Assembly: GCA_963775465.1 (NCBI GenBank)
Contig: CAVZIW010000001.1
Location: forward strand, 1 to 64,000
Length of the DNA: 64,000 bases
DNA from: Candidatus Bathyarchaeota archaeon
Lineage (GTDB): Archaea; Thermoproteota; Bathyarchaeia; Bathyarchaeales; Bathycorpusculaceae
Reading direction: 5' to 3'
The notes beneath the pieces were generated by a model that was not told the DNA's origin, did not search any database, and saw nothing but the letters and a program-made list of their open reading frames with translations. The first letter of the stretch is position 1. Every line of letters starts with the position of its first letter. Below are positions 10,443 to 21,317 of the stretch, piece by piece. The translations under genes and the position numbers were made by a program.

Positions 10443-11504
10443 TTAATTTTTTTCTATGTCTTTTTGAGCAACTATCGCTGGTTTCAATTCAAGGTACTGC
10501 TGAGCTGCAAAACCCGCAAAGAAACGGAACCAAAGTGTAATGATTCGAACAAGAATTGTAGCGGTAGCACTAAGTGCTGCCGGAACCCCCATAGAAAAAT
10601 AGAGTGTAGTCATTACTGCTTCCGGAAGCCCAACTTCAAAGGGTATGCCGATTGGTATTGCTTTTACAGCTAAAACTATGGAAGAAGTTATCAAAATCAA
10701 ACTCCAAGAAACAGGGTGCCCAAGCGATAAGAACACCAAATATGGCACGCTTAAACTAAAAAACCAAGTAATCGCAAGATAAAAAAAACTTGAAACAACG
10801 GGCTTAGGGTTGTTCTTGAATTCTTGCATTGCGCTGTGAAAATTCACGGAAATATCAAAAGCTTGTTCTTTTAATTTATCTGCTTTCCATCTGCCAAAGG
10901 TTACTTTTTCCGCTAATTTTGTTGTCCAATCTATTATTTTCGTTGTCCATTGCTGTCTGAAAGATAAAACCAACATAAAAGACATAACGCCAGTTATAGC
11001 TACTGCAACAATAATTATCAGGTTGAAAACCAAGGGTGATGCTTGCCCTCCAAAATAGAGTAAAACGATTCCAACCAGAAGAGCAATAACATTTATTGCC
11101 ATTCCTAAGAGTCTGTGGGCAAAAAGTGAAGCTACGATTTTTCCGCATGAACCACATTTATCCCTCATTAGCAGATATGTTCGAGTTACTTCTCCACTTA
11201 TCGATTGAGCTGGAACCAACGTATCGACATAAATACCATACCAAACGTAGAGATACCCTCTAAAGATGCTCATTTTTATTTGAAGAAATTTGGTTAGTTC
11301 TCTCCAAGAAATTGTAAAGAAGAAAACATCCAAAAAACCAAAAAGGATTGCAACAGAATAAACGAGGGGATTGGCGGTTTTTGCTGTCTCGATTATTCCT
11401 AAGATGTCCACATTAAACAAGTATATGTAGAGAAAAAAACCGATTAAACCAAGCAGTGGAAAAATAACAGTTTTCCAAGTGAGCTTAGGCTTAGTGGTTT
11501 CCAT
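10443..11504 (-). CDS. Lysylphosphatidylglycerol synthase TM / flippase-like protein (UPF0104)
   Basis: Multi-TM protein with RW, P...GE..R, P..GL.E, R.IT.W motifs. Confidence 0.8.
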   Translation of the reverse strand: METTKPKLTWKTVIFPLLGLIGFFLYIYLFNVDILGIIETAKTANPLVYSVAILFGFLDVFFFTISWRELTKFLQIKMSIFRGYLYVWYGIYVDTLVPAQSISGEVTRTYLLMRDKCGSCGKIVASLFAHRLLGMAINVIALLVGIVLLYFGGQASPLVFNLIIIVAVAITGVMSFMLVLSFRQQWTTKIIDWTTKLAEKVTFGRWKADKLKEQAFDISVNFHSAMQEFKNNPKPVVSSFFYLAITWFFSLSVPYLVFLSLGHPVSWSLILITSSIVLAVKAIPIGIPFEVGLPEAVMTTLYFSMGVPAALSATATILVRIITLWFRFFAGFAAQQYLELKPAIVAQKDIEKN

Positions 11505-11741
11505 TGGGTTTTTTGCACCAGAGTTAAACGGAGAGGTATGAATTACCGATTATATACTTTGTCCAAATCCAACCTAAGGCTAAATTAGGCTTTTAAGAAT
11601 GCTAAGTGAAGATCGTTTATTTTTTGAAGCGATTTCTGCTAAGTCGCTCATTAACCTCGTTAGCTTACTTTTTCAATAACAGTTAAACAATAGAATTTAC
11701 GTTATTCATGTAACTCATTGATTTGAAAGTTGGTTTAACAT

Positions 11742-12593
11742 ATGGCTTCTATAAAAGCCCTCAAATTCAATCCTATTATTTACATAGTACTGGTTGCCTT
11801 AATCACAATTGTTGCTTCCATACTAATAGAGCCAACCATATCTGTGACTTCTAATAAATGCAGTTCATGTCATGGATCAGAGTATAATCAACAATTAGAT
11901 ATTCTAGAAGGAAACAGCCAAAACACGATACCTGCAACTTTACAAGTAGGCCAAACACAAACAGTTAAAATAATGGTAGAAAACAATAACAACGCTCCAA
12001 AGTACAACCAGTTCAGTAATGTTAAAGCAACTTTAACTTCACAAAACGGTCATTTTTCAGTAAGTTCCCCAACCGTCAATATTGGCACAATATCTACAAC
12101 CGCAATGGCAACATGGCAAATAACGGGTCAATCCCAAGGACCCGATACAATCTTAATTTCAGTGTCAGCCGAAAACAATCACTACTTCCTAAAATACATA
12201 GATAACTACTCACCCAGCCCAACAATTACAGTAACCACTGATCCCAATTCAACGCCAACACCAACACCAAACTCAACTCCAGAACCAACAATTACCACCT
12301 CACCCAACCCAACCAACATCCCAACAACTACACCTTCGCCAACATCAAATCCCACTAATTCACCCACATCTCACCAAACACTGCAACCTACAGAATCAAA
12401 CAATTACTCCCCCACCCAAAGTCCAACAACAACTCCAAACACTTCAAAGGAAACAAGCCCTACATTGCCAACGCAGACCAAAATACCAAACTTGACAATG
12501 CAATACATCCTCACACCTGCCGCAATTGCATTAATTCTTATTTTTGCAATCACACTTCTAATTCTAACAAAAAAATACAAGGCTAACAATTGA
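11742..12593 (+). CDS. Surface protein with a CxxCH motif, Ig-like domain, Pro/Thr linker and C-terminal TM
   Basis: Signal peptide, CSSCH, TPTP repeats, TM followed by a basic tail. Confidence 0.75.
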   Translation: MASIKALKFNPIIYIVLVALITIVASILIEPTISVTSNKCSSCHGSEYNQQLDILEGNSQNTIPATLQVGQTQTVKIMVENNNNAPKYNQFSNVKATLTSQNGHFSVSSPTVNIGTISTTAMATWQITGQSQGPDTILISVSAENNHYFLKYIDNYSPSPTITVTTDPNSTPTPTPNSTPEPTITTSPNPTNIPTTTPSPTSNPTNSPTSHQTLQPTESNNYSPTQSPTTTPNTSKETSPTLPTQTKIPNLTMQYILTPAAIALILIFAITLLILTKKYKANN

Positions 12594-12661
12594 CATGAGA
12601 ATTGACAAAATTGTATTTTTATTAAGAAGCTCCACCCTAGAATCAGGTTAGTGGGTTAGAT

Positions 12662-12910
12662 ATGAAAATAGGAGTTTGCGGAATTGCCTGCGAGAAGTGT
12701 CCTCGAATGCAAAGTGGCACTTGCCCAAACGGCAGTATTGGCTGTGTCGCGAGGGAGAACAAGTTTTGTCAGATTTGTAATTGTGCTAATCAAAAAGCGG
12801 TTAAACTCTGTTTTGAATGTAGAGAATTTCCCTGCGAAACCACTAAACTTGGACCAATAAGTTATGGTTACTGCCAATACCTTTCAGACAAAACTGAGCA
12901 GCAGTCTTAA
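12662..12910 (+). CDS. Cys-rich DUF3795-like protein
   Basis: CGIACEKC...CQICNCA...CFECREFPC. Confidence 0.7.
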   Translation: MKIGVCGIACEKCPRMQSGTCPNGSIGCVARENKFCQICNCANQKAVKLCFECREFPCETTKLGPISYGYCQYLSDKTEQQS

Positions 12911-12927
12911 GTTATTGGTTTAAGGAG

Positions 12928-13869
12928 TTGTTTTGGTCATCTATGGTCTCCAAAGATGTCTTAATTGAAGCCAAAGGTTTAACCAAAAAATTCGACGATT
13001 TCATCGCAGTGGACCACATAGATTTCCAAGTTTACAAGGGCGAATGTGTAGGTTTCTTGGGACCTAACGGCGCAGGCAAAACAACCACTGTACGTATGAT
13101 CTATTGTTTTATTCCACCAACCGAAGGAGAACTAATCATTGCTGGATTAAGCGTTAAATCTCAGTGCAGAGAAATAAAGAAGATAGTGGGTGTAGCGCCT
13201 CAAGAAGATAACCTTGATCCAGATTTTACTACTATAAAGAACCTAACTGTCTACGCCCGATTCTTTGACATCCAAAAAGACGAAGCCGTAAAAAGGGCGA
13301 ATGAGCAACTAAAGTTTTTCCAACTGGAAGAAAAAAAACAGGTTCCCATACTGGCGTTGTCAACGGGTATGAAGCGCAGGCTAATTTTTGCCAGAGCACT
13401 GATCAACCAGCCTCAAATTCTGCTTCTTGATGAACCCACAACGGGTTTAGACCCCCAGGCTAGACACCTCGTGTGGGATGAAGTGCGTTACCTCAAAAAG
13501 AAACAGGTCACAATCATCCTGACAACTCATTATATGGATGAAGCAGAAGTTCTCTGTGATAGAATCTTAATCGTTGACAAAGGCAAAATCATTGAAGACG
13601 GAACGCCCTCCGACCTGGTGAAAAAACACATAGGCGAGGACGTTCTTGAACTCGATTATGACGAGAAACTCTTGCCAACACTCAAAGAAGCTTTTCCAGA
13701 TGCACGCATAGAGAAGCTAAGCGACCGCATGCAAATCTTCACTGACAAACCCCACGGCGTATTCGAAGGCTTCCTAAAGGACCACCCAATTCAAAATGTA
13801 ACCATTCGCAAAGCCAACCTTGAAGACGTCTTCCTTAAATTAACTGGACGAGGACTAAGAGAAGAATGA
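12928..13869 (+). CDS. ABC-2 exporter ATP-binding protein (NodI-like)
   Basis: GPNGAGKTT, LSTGM, LLLDEP, TTH. Confidence 0.92.
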   Translation: MFWSSMVSKDVLIEAKGLTKKFDDFIAVDHIDFQVYKGECVGFLGPNGAGKTTTVRMIYCFIPPTEGELIIAGLSVKSQCREIKKIVGVAPQEDNLDPDFTTIKNLTVYARFFDIQKDEAVKRANEQLKFFQLEEKKQVPILALSTGMKRRLIFARALINQPQILLLDEPTTGLDPQARHLVWDEVRYLKKKQVTIILTTHYMDEAEVLCDRILIVDKGKIIEDGTPSDLVKKHIGEDVLELDYDEKLLPTLKEAFPDARIEKLSDRMQIFTDKPHGVFEGFLKDHPIQNVTIRKANLEDVFLKLTGRGLREE

Positions 13870-14696
13870 GCAAAGTTAATCTACGTAAATCCCCAGCTCG
13901 CTTCTCAATACCTAAACTCAGCTATCGAGTCTGGAAAGTTTGGCATCGCAATTTTGACGTTTTCACTACAACCATAAAAGTAAATTTCTTACCTTCTCTG
14001 CTTGAGCCAATTCTATACTTATTAGCTTTCGGTTTTGGGCTTGGAGGATTCATACCAAGCATCGAAGGCCAATCATATATAGCCTTTATAGCACCTGCAT
14101 TGGTAGCCATTTCAATAATGAACGGTTCTTTTTTTGAATGTACATTTGCCTCGTTTGTTCGCATGTACTTTCAAAAAACCTTCGATGCAATCGTGGCGAC
14201 ACCCGTCAGTGTTGAAGAAGTGGTTGCTGGGGAACTTCTCTGGGGTGCGACAAGAGCAACCATTAATAGCACAATCGTTTTGTCCGTGGTCGCAGTCTTC
14301 GGATTGATTTCAACTCCGCTGTTTCTAATAGTTATTCCATTGGCTTTTTTTGGAGGTTTAATGTTTGCTTCAATGGCAATGTGCTTCACGGCAGCGGCAC
14401 CAAACATCGACTTCTTTAATTTTCCTTCATTCCTCTTTCTAACACCTATGTTCTTTTTATGCGGGACATTTTTCCCATTAACATCTCTTCCAATAGCCGT
14501 TCAAGGCGTCGCAATGGCTTTGCCCTTGACACATGTTGTCAACATCGTTAGGGGGGTTGTTACAGGCCATCTTGTACCTATACTTGGTCTAAATCCACTG
14601 GTTCTGATTCTCATAAGTCTGGTTTGGATAGTTCTCGTTACCTTGTTCTTCTTTGTTCTTAGCATTAATTTGATGAAAAAACGTCTAACAAGCTAA
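13866..14696 (+). CDS. ABC-2 permease (NodJ-like)
   Basis: Six TM helices, overlaps the ATPase stop, GTFFP and PLTH motifs. Confidence 0.9.
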   Translation: MSKVNLRKSPARFSIPKLSYRVWKVWHRNFDVFTTTIKVNFLPSLLEPILYLLAFGFGLGGFIPSIEGQSYIAFIAPALVAISIMNGSFFECTFASFVRMYFQKTFDAIVATPVSVEEVVAGELLWGATRATINSTIVLSVVAVFGLISTPLFLIVIPLAFFGGLMFASMAMCFTAAAPNIDFFNFPSFLFLTPMFFLCGTFFPLTSLPIAVQGVAMALPLTHVVNIVRGVVTGHLVPILGLNPLVLILISLVWIVLVTLFFFVLSINLMKKRLTS

Positions 14697-14808
14697 AACT
14701 TTTTACGTATTGGCTCCAGAGATAATCAATTAAAAATCTTGCAGTCCCTTAGGCGTTAAAGATTTTTAAACGCAACAGGTATTGTTAGCCATAAAGGAAG
14801 AGAAACAC

Positions 14809-15483
14809 ATGCGCTTAGTTGTTCGAATCGGCGGTTCAGTTGTCGCATCTCCAATCAATACTGAATTGATAGGAAAATATGCCAATATAATAAAAAACAT
14901 AAAACAGCAGGGCCACGAGGTTGCAGTAGTTTTGGGGGGTGGAGCGTTGGCAAGAGAATTTATCGGTATAGCTCGAAATTTAGGTCTAGACATGACGGGA
15001 CAAGATGAGATTGCAATTTCTTGCTCACGTTTGTTTGCCCAGTTGTTTCTCAAAAAACTAGGTGAATCAGCCTGCAGTAAGGTTTCCGTAACGTTAGATG
15101 AAGCTACTCAATGTTTAACTCAAGGAAAAATTGTTGTTATGGGAGGTTTAAAACCTGGAATTACCACTGATACAGTTGCAGCCCTAGTTGCTGAAAGCAT
15201 TAATGCTGACCTGATTGTTAAGGGAACGGACCAAGATGGAGTTTACGATAAGGACCCCCGAAAACATCCAAACGCGGTAAAGCTTGACAAAATATCTCTT
15301 CAAGAATTAGTCAATGTTTTTGAACATAGTGAGCATAAAGCAGGCATTCATCAGATTGTTGATCCAGAAGCAATCAAAGTCCTGAAACGCAAACGATTAA
15401 AAATGATTGTGGTAAACGGTTTTAAACCTGAAAATATTCATGCTGCAATAAAGGGTCAGAATGTTGGCACAATAATAGCCTAA
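14809..15483 (+). CDS. pyrH: Uridylate kinase
   Basis: IGGSV, GGGALAR, PGITTD, DGVYDKDPRK, VDP. Confidence 0.92.
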   Translation: MRLVVRIGGSVVASPINTELIGKYANIIKNIKQQGHEVAVVLGGGALAREFIGIARNLGLDMTGQDEIAISCSRLFAQLFLKKLGESACSKVSVTLDEATQCLTQGKIVVMGGLKPGITTDTVAALVAESINADLIVKGTDQDGVYDKDPRKHPNAVKLDKISLQELVNVFEHSEHKAGIHQIVDPEAIKVLKRKRLKMIVVNGFKPENIHAAIKGQNVGTIIA

Positions 15484-15714
15484 AATTAGTGCTTTTGCTA
15501 TCCGTCCTTTTTTTAACCTCTTCTAAATTTGGCTAAATGATTCTGTAAGATCCCTAACTTTCTTTGAAGATATCGCGAGTGTGATTAGAATAAATCTAGC
15601 CTCTAGTTTACATTAACAAGCAATTACCAAACATGTTACTTAATATCTTTCTTAAGATTTAACTAGTCTTTAAATAGACTCAGAATCCAAAAAATAATAG
15701 AAGCGCGCATAAAA

Positions 15715-16410
15715 ATGTCAACAAAAACTATACCTGTCGTAGAAGCGATAGATGTTACGAAAACTTACATGTTAGGAAAGGTTCCAGTCGAAGCTTTGAG
15801 AGGCGTGAACCTAAAAGTTGAAGCAGGAGACTTTGTTTCAATTTTGGGACCCTCAGGAAGCGGCAAATCCACGATGCTAAACCTTATCGGCGCATTGGAC
15901 AAACCAACCGCCGGTACCTTATTAATCGACGGTGTAGACATCTCAAAATTGAACGACAACCAACTCGCCGAAATTAGACTAAGAATCGGCTTTGTCTTCC
16001 AATTCTTCAACCTAATTCCCAGATTAACCGCACGTGACAATGTAGAACTATCCATGTCAATAGCCAACTTGAGTAAAAATGAAAGAAGAAAACATGCGAT
16101 CGAACTCTTAGAGACTGTTGGTTTAAAAGATCGAATAAAACACAAACCGGCAGAACTCAGCGGCGGACAACAACAACGCGTTGCCATAGCACGAGCATTG
16201 GCAAACAACCCCAAATTTCTCCTTTTAGATGAACCAACAGGCAACGTTGATTCAAAAACAGCAAGTGAAGTCTTAGCATTAATAAAAAAACTAAATGAAG
16301 AAAACAAAGTCAGCATAATCATGGTAACTCATGACCAAAAGCTAGCGCATGAAGCAAAACGTACCGTTCAGATGTTTGATGGTCAAATTACAAAACAGGC
16401 GGAAAACTAA
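15715..16410 (+). CDS. ABC ATP-binding protein (MacB/LolD family)
   Basis: [23 protein letters not shown]. Confidence 0.92.
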   Translation: MSTKTIPVVEAIDVTKTYMLGKVPVEALRGVNLKVEAGDFVSILGPSGSGKSTMLNLIGALDKPTAGTLLIDGVDISKLNDNQLAEIRLRIGFVFQFFNLIPRLTARDNVELSMSIANLSKNERRKHAIELLETVGLKDRIKHKPAELSGGQQQRVAIARALANNPKFLLLDEPTGNVDSKTASEVLALIKKLNEENKVSIIMVTHDQKLAHEAKRTVQMFDGQITKQAEN

Positions 16411-17717
16411 TGAAAACAACCGATATTTTTGGGTATTCATTTAGTGCAATTAAACTTCGAAAACTCAGAGCAGCTTTAACTACGCTGGGAGTTGTGATAG
16501 GTATCGCTGCGATCGTAGCACTCTTATCAATAACTCAAGGCTTGCAAGCAACTCTAACTAACGAACTCAACCAAGGGTTATCTGCAAATACCTTAATCGT
16601 GACACCTGGCAGCAGTTTTCTTAGCGGAGGAGGTCCCACTGCAGGAGGTGGCGGCGGAGGATTTGGAGGGGGAGGAGCAACCGATAACTCCGGATTCAAA
16701 CTCTATGTAAATTATACTAGCGAAATAGCCGGATTAAGTTCAGATATTACCAACTCAATGGCTATCATAAGCCGAACTGGATACATAAATACAGAAAACA
16801 TCAACCGAACAGTTACAATCAACGGAGTTGACTTCAACCAATACTCCCAGTTTTACAGCACAACATTTGTTGCAGCAAGCGGAACAATTCCACTTAATCC
16901 AGCCGAAAACCAAGTTGTCGTAGGCACACGCGTAAATCAACCTGGACAAAACGGAACAATCTTTTTTGGCGCTGGAGACACCATCAATATCACATGGACA
17001 AACGCCACAGTTTTGCCTCCAACAAACGAGACCTACACAGCCGACGTCTCAGGAGTGCTTGACAAAATCGGAGGTTTTGGCATTGGAGGACCATCCGACA
17101 CAGGGATCTACATTCCAATTAACAAAGCACAAAGCTTTTTTGGAACAGACCAATGCGACATGATACTTGTCCAAATAAAAAACAATGACAACGCAACCAT
17201 AACCAATGTTTCTAAAGCAATAACAGACCATTTCAGCAACCAAGTATCTGTCGTATCAGCAACCGCTGTGCTTACTTTGCTCACCAGCGTCTTTAGCATC
17301 CTACAGCTATTCCTAGGCGGAATCGCAGCCATATCACTGCTTGTAGCAGGCATAGGAATAATGAACATCATGATAGTCTCGCTAATCGAGCGCACAAGGG
17401 AAATAGGCATCCTCAAAGCATTAGGCATGAAGAGCAGAACAGTGTTAACTATATTTCTAGGTGAATCCGTCATAATCGGTTTGCTAGGTGCAGTTATCGG
17501 TATAATTTCAGGATGGATTTTGGCAAACGTCACGGCAAGAATCTTGGGCTCAGGATTCTTCGGAGGCGGCGGAGGATTCCAAATAACGCCTCTATTAACC
17601 CCTGAAGTATTAGTTGGAGCATTGGCTTTCGGAATCGGAGTTAGCGTAATATTCGCACTTTACCCTGCTTGGAGAGCATCAAAGCTAAAACCAGTAGAAG
17701 CTCTAAGATATGAATAA
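16410..17717 (+). CDS. MacB/FtsX-family ABC permease
   Basis: ERTREIGILKALG, YPAWRASKLKPVEALRYE. Confidence 0.92.
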   Translation: MKTTDIFGYSFSAIKLRKLRAALTTLGVVIGIAAIVALLSITQGLQATLTNELNQGLSANTLIVTPGSSFLSGGGPTAGGGGGGFGGGGATDNSGFKLYVNYTSEIAGLSSDITNSMAIISRTGYINTENINRTVTINGVDFNQYSQFYSTTFVAASGTIPLNPAENQVVVGTRVNQPGQNGTIFFGAGDTINITWTNATVLPPTNETYTADVSGVLDKIGGFGIGGPSDTGIYIPINKAQSFFGTDQCDMILVQIKNNDNATITNVSKAITDHFSNQVSVVSATAVLTLLTSVFSILQLFLGGIAAISLLVAGIGIMNIMIVSLIERTREIGILKALGMKSRTVLTIFLGESVIIGLLGAVIGIISGWILANVTARILGSGFFGGGGGFQITPLLTPEVLVGALAFGIGVSVIFALYPAWRASKLKPVEALRYE

Positions 17718-17808
17718 ATTCCCTGCTGTCCAATTTTTTCTTTTTCTATTTTAGTTTAGCTAGAAGCTTTAAGATACGAATACAATAAGCCTGAAGAGAC
17801 GTTTCATA

Positions 17809-18255
17809 TTGAAGAGAATTTACCCTGATCAACCAATCGTTGGAATCGGAATCTTAATTGTACGTGACTGCCATATCGCCCTTATAAAACGTGGAAACGA
17901 ACCAAGTAAGGGTAAATGGACCATACCAGGGGGCTTGGTTGAGCTAGGTGAAAGCGTTGAAGCCGCGGTTATACGTGAAGCCAAAGAGGAAACTTGCCTT
18001 GATGTAGAAAAACCAGAACTAATCGATGTAGTCGACAACGTTGATTTCGATGAGCATGGAAAAGTAAAATATCACCATGTCATTGTCGACTACCTTGTTC
18101 ATGTTAAAGGCGGAGATATTAACGCTGCAAGCGACGCTGAAGAACTACGGTGGGTACCTTTCGATGAGGTCGAAGGCTACAATTTGACGGCTTCATTCAG
18201 ACTTTTCTTCAGACAAAATAGGAAAAAACTAGAGAAAGCTAATTCTTATTGCTAA
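17809..18255 (+). CDS. NUDIX hydrolase
   Basis: Nudix box GGLVELGESVEAAVIREAKEET. Confidence 0.9.
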   Translation: MKRIYPDQPIVGIGILIVRDCHIALIKRGNEPSKGKWTIPGGLVELGESVEAAVIREAKEETCLDVEKPELIDVVDNVDFDEHGKVKYHHVIVDYLVHVKGGDINAASDAEELRWVPFDEVEGYNLTASFRLFFRQNRKKLEKANSYC

Positions 18256-19699
18256 AGAACAATCGTGTTTCACCCATAGTCTTTATATCTAAAGACCTGA
18301 CACGAGCGACTATAGGAAAATCATTAACCACTCTGCCCAAAGTCAAACAGTGATGAGGTGGAAGGTCTCGCGCGATGCTTCGAACAGTTTCAGCGTCAAC
18401 TCTTGCTGCGCGTGAAACCACATCCAAATCATGTTCGTTGGTGAAGTTGAATAAAAAAATGTTGTCTGCTTGGCGATAAATGGTTTCTTGGATTGTATCA
18501 GGTTGGTTTGTGATAAATGTAGTGAATATGCCGTAGTGACGCATACGGGTAACAATATCGTCCCAGTAAGTTTCACGCAAATAGAGGTGAGCTTCTTCCG
18601 CAAACAAGAAAACAGCTTGAAGTTTCCAGTTAGTGAGGGAATCAACCAGTTTGCCCAAGACGTATTCTACGATGATTTGCCGATCTATGTTTGAAGTGTT
18701 TTTTAGGTTTATTACTATAGCCCCGCCCTGACCCTTTGAACGAAGCAACTTATCATCCAGCAACATTGCTTCACCAGGGCAGTCCGTGAAAAAACCCGAA
18801 TTGGCAAAGGAGTGGAAGCGCGAAGTCAACGCATCCTTTACATGTTGGTTGCAATTCAAGTCCCTGATTGCCTCCCCCAAATCTGACATAGTCAGCTTTC
18901 CTTGTTCTTTGAGGCTTTTCCAAAGACGTCTAAACTCTCGGGCGGATGTTCCAGGTAAATGTAAAGCGTTTACAAGTATACCCATAACTGTGTTTAAGTG
19001 CAGCTGTTCAAGACTAACTTTAAAGTTTTGCGATGGTGTGAAAGAGTGAATCTTATCATAATACATGTTGCGTTTGCCATCATTTGTTAATCCTAAACTT
19101 GAGTATTCTCCGTTTAGGTCGAAGATAACGACCGTGGCTTTGTAGCCAACCAGACTTACCATCAACAATTTCGAGAGATGGGATTTGCCACAACCTTTCT
19201 TACCTGTGATAATATTCAATGTTCCATCTACCTCTGAAGCATCAATAGTAAGAAGCGAAGAATCCTTGGTACCTCCCAAAATAATGGGTAGTTTTCCATC
19301 GACTTTTGCCAGTTTCATGAGCATTGGAATTGAGAGTTTCTTGATTGCTGATTGAGAACGCGAAGGTAACCAACTGCTGCTTGGGCTTAGAATCTGATTT
19401 TCCAGGGTAGCTCGAATCTTGCAAACTAGTAGATTTGCATCTTGAATGTAAGTAATGTGAGGGGCAATCTCCATTGGGTCAATATCTTCACCCATTAAAG
19501 GTTCACCACCATCGGACAAAGTGCGCAAAAGTTCTTCCAAAACGCCGGGTACTGCAGCAAACTGTACATCGATAACTTGAGCAATTAGAGCTTTCCCCGC
19601 TTCATCATCTTCTACCAGCAAGTAATCACCTTTTTCAACACACTCGGTCGGAAAGCTTATGATTTGCAATACGTTACCTTCTTTTTTATATAGTTTCAA
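18239..19699 (-). CDS. HerA/FtsK-family ATPase (DUF87)
   Basis: Walker A GKKGCGKS, FDLNGEY, Walker B FAEEAH, R-H-G and TNQP motifs. Confidence 0.85.
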   Translation of the reverse strand: MKLYKKEGNVLQIISFPTECVEKGDYLLVEDDEAGKALIAQVIDVQFAAVPGVLEELLRTLSDGGEPLMGEDIDPMEIAPHITYIQDANLLVCKIRATLENQILSPSSSWLPSRSQSAIKKLSIPMLMKLAKVDGKLPIILGGTKDSSLLTIDASEVDGTLNIITGKKGCGKSHLSKLLMVSLVGYKATVVIFDLNGEYSSLGLTNDGKRNMYYDKIHSFTPSQNFKVSLEQLHLNTVMGILVNALHLPGTSAREFRRLWKSLKEQGKLTMSDLGEAIRDLNCNQHVKDALTSRFHSFANSGFFTDCPGEAMLLDDKLLRSKGQGGAIVINLKNTSNIDRQIIVEYVLGKLVDSLTNWKLQAVFLFAEEAHLYLRETYWDDIVTRMRHYGIFTTFITNQPDTIQETIYRQADNIFLFNFTNEHDLDVVSRAARVDAETVRSIARDLPPHHCLTLGRVVNDFPIVARVRSLDIKTMGETRLFFSNKN

Positions 19700-20769
19700 G
19701 CGTAAACCTCTCCGCTGCCAAAAGCACCGAAAAGAAGCTTATGCATGTCTGGACGGTTGATGATTTGAATGCCATGTTTGCTAGTAATGAAATGCTTTAT
19801 AGCTATCACCTCGTTGGCTGTAAATGTGCAAAGTATGTGTGCTAATCTAAGTGTTTCAGGGTAACTTTGTGTATGCAAATCATTCCCTAGCAACTTCTGC
19901 AGAGCGTCTACTCGTCCTTCTGAGCTGATTTCTCGGTCGATGTCTAATCTGAATGCAAGGTTTGACCTGTTGAGCCGAGCTACATAAACGTCTCCAAGCA
20001 AGGCTTGAGGCGGTTTTGAGTACAGTCCTGTAGTCTCTACCAAATATGGCGGGTCATGATTCAGGCGTTGCTCAGTTATCAAGATTCCATTGACCCTTAG
20101 AGTTGTTGCTTTTGAAAAAGCTAAAACAATGCTCTTGTTTCTTCTTGCAAGAGATAGAATCTCTTTTAGGCGCTGAACAGGCGTATCTATAGTTCCTGCC
20201 ATTAAGGAACCGTCAAAAAGCAATACTCCGTTGTTGATGGTTTTGGCAAGCATGGATTGAATCCACCGTTCAAGCAAGCTGGCTAGGCGAGTTGGCATTT
20301 GCGAGATATTAGGTGCTGATGGGTGCGCTTTTTCGTAACTTATGTTAAAGTATGCTTTTTCGAGTGCATTGTAGAGTTGATATTTATTTTCTTCTGTTAT
20401 ATGAAGTATGAAGGGTCCAAGGCGAGTATAATTGTATGTTCTGTTTTGTCGCCAAGTAATTGCTCCCCTCATGGCTACTATAATGCCTGTTGTTGTTTCG
20501 CCTATTTTGATGGTTGAGGTGTCTGTGGCAGCGATTATTGTTTCTTTGAGGTTGGGTTTTAGGATTATTGGTTCTGGCTTTAGATGAAGGGTTCTAAAGC
20601 ATTGTTCCCGTGGGTCTAGTTGTTGGGTTAGTCCGTTTAGATGAACGGGTTGATGTTGAGTTCGTTTGAGTGAATATAGGGATTGTTCTAGGAAGCGTTG
20701 AGGAAAAAGCGTGTCTATATTGGGTTGGGGAAAGTTATATTTGTTAGGTATTGTATATTGTTCAATCAC
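19696..20769 (-). CDS. NurA-family nuclease
   Basis: ATDTS, LFDGSL, AFSK, YPETLRLAH; translationally coupled to the HerA-like gene. Confidence 0.8.
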   Translation of the reverse strand: MIEQYTIPNKYNFPQPNIDTLFPQRFLEQSLYSLKRTQHQPVHLNGLTQQLDPREQCFRTLHLKPEPIILKPNLKETIIAATDTSTIKIGETTTGIIVAMRGAITWRQNRTYNYTRLGPFILHITEENKYQLYNALEKAYFNISYEKAHPSAPNISQMPTRLASLLERWIQSMLAKTINNGVLLFDGSLMAGTIDTPVQRLKEILSLARRNKSIVLAFSKATTLRVNGILITEQRLNHDPPYLVETTGLYSKPPQALLGDVYVARLNRSNLAFRLDIDREISSEGRVDALQKLLGNDLHTQSYPETLRLAHILCTFTANEVIAIKHFITSKHGIQIINRPDMHKLLFGAFGSGEVYA

Positions 20770-20862
20770 TATGATTCACCAATATTCAATATCTTTATTG
20801 GTGAAATATTTAAGTATTGTGCATGTACATCTTGCACAATTCAATATGCAATAAGTGAGAAC

Positions 20863-21270
20863 TTGACAGAAACAAAGCAAAACCCGCCAATCAAAGTAAA
20901 AATGAAAATCGGGGACATAGAATTCGAAATTGAAGCCCAAACCGACCAAATCCAAACCGCCGTAAATCAGATACTTACAACAGTCACCGAACACGCAAAA
21001 AGCATTAACCTTACTCAGATCAACGAACGTCCAGCAAATCTCTCACGCACAGAAACTTGTCGAGGCGTTATCCAAAAATTATGGGAAGAAAGCTGGTTTA
21101 ATGAGCCACGCGGATTAGATGAGGTCCATAGTGAACTCGCACGAAAAGGCTTCCACTATGATCGCACTGCAGTTGCACACGCACTAGTTGATTTAGTAAA
21201 AGATAATATTTTAACTCGGATTGGAAAACCTAGACGTTATCAATACGCTCAAAAACGTCCCCCAACTTAA
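20863..21270 (+). CDS. Hypothetical protein with a C-terminal winged HTH
   Basis: WFNEPRGLDEVHSEL...VAHALVDLVK..LTRIG; start uncertain (ORF-track frame 20698). Confidence 0.65.
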   Translation: MTETKQNPPIKVKMKIGDIEFEIEAQTDQIQTAVNQILTTVTEHAKSINLTQINERPANLSRTETCRGVIQKLWEESWFNEPRGLDEVHSELARKGFHYDRTAVAHALVDLVKDNILTRIGKPRRYQYAQKRPPT

Positions 21271-21317
21271 CTCACTTAATATTGATCAAAATTATTGGCT
21301 CTTGCATTCGTTAGTGA

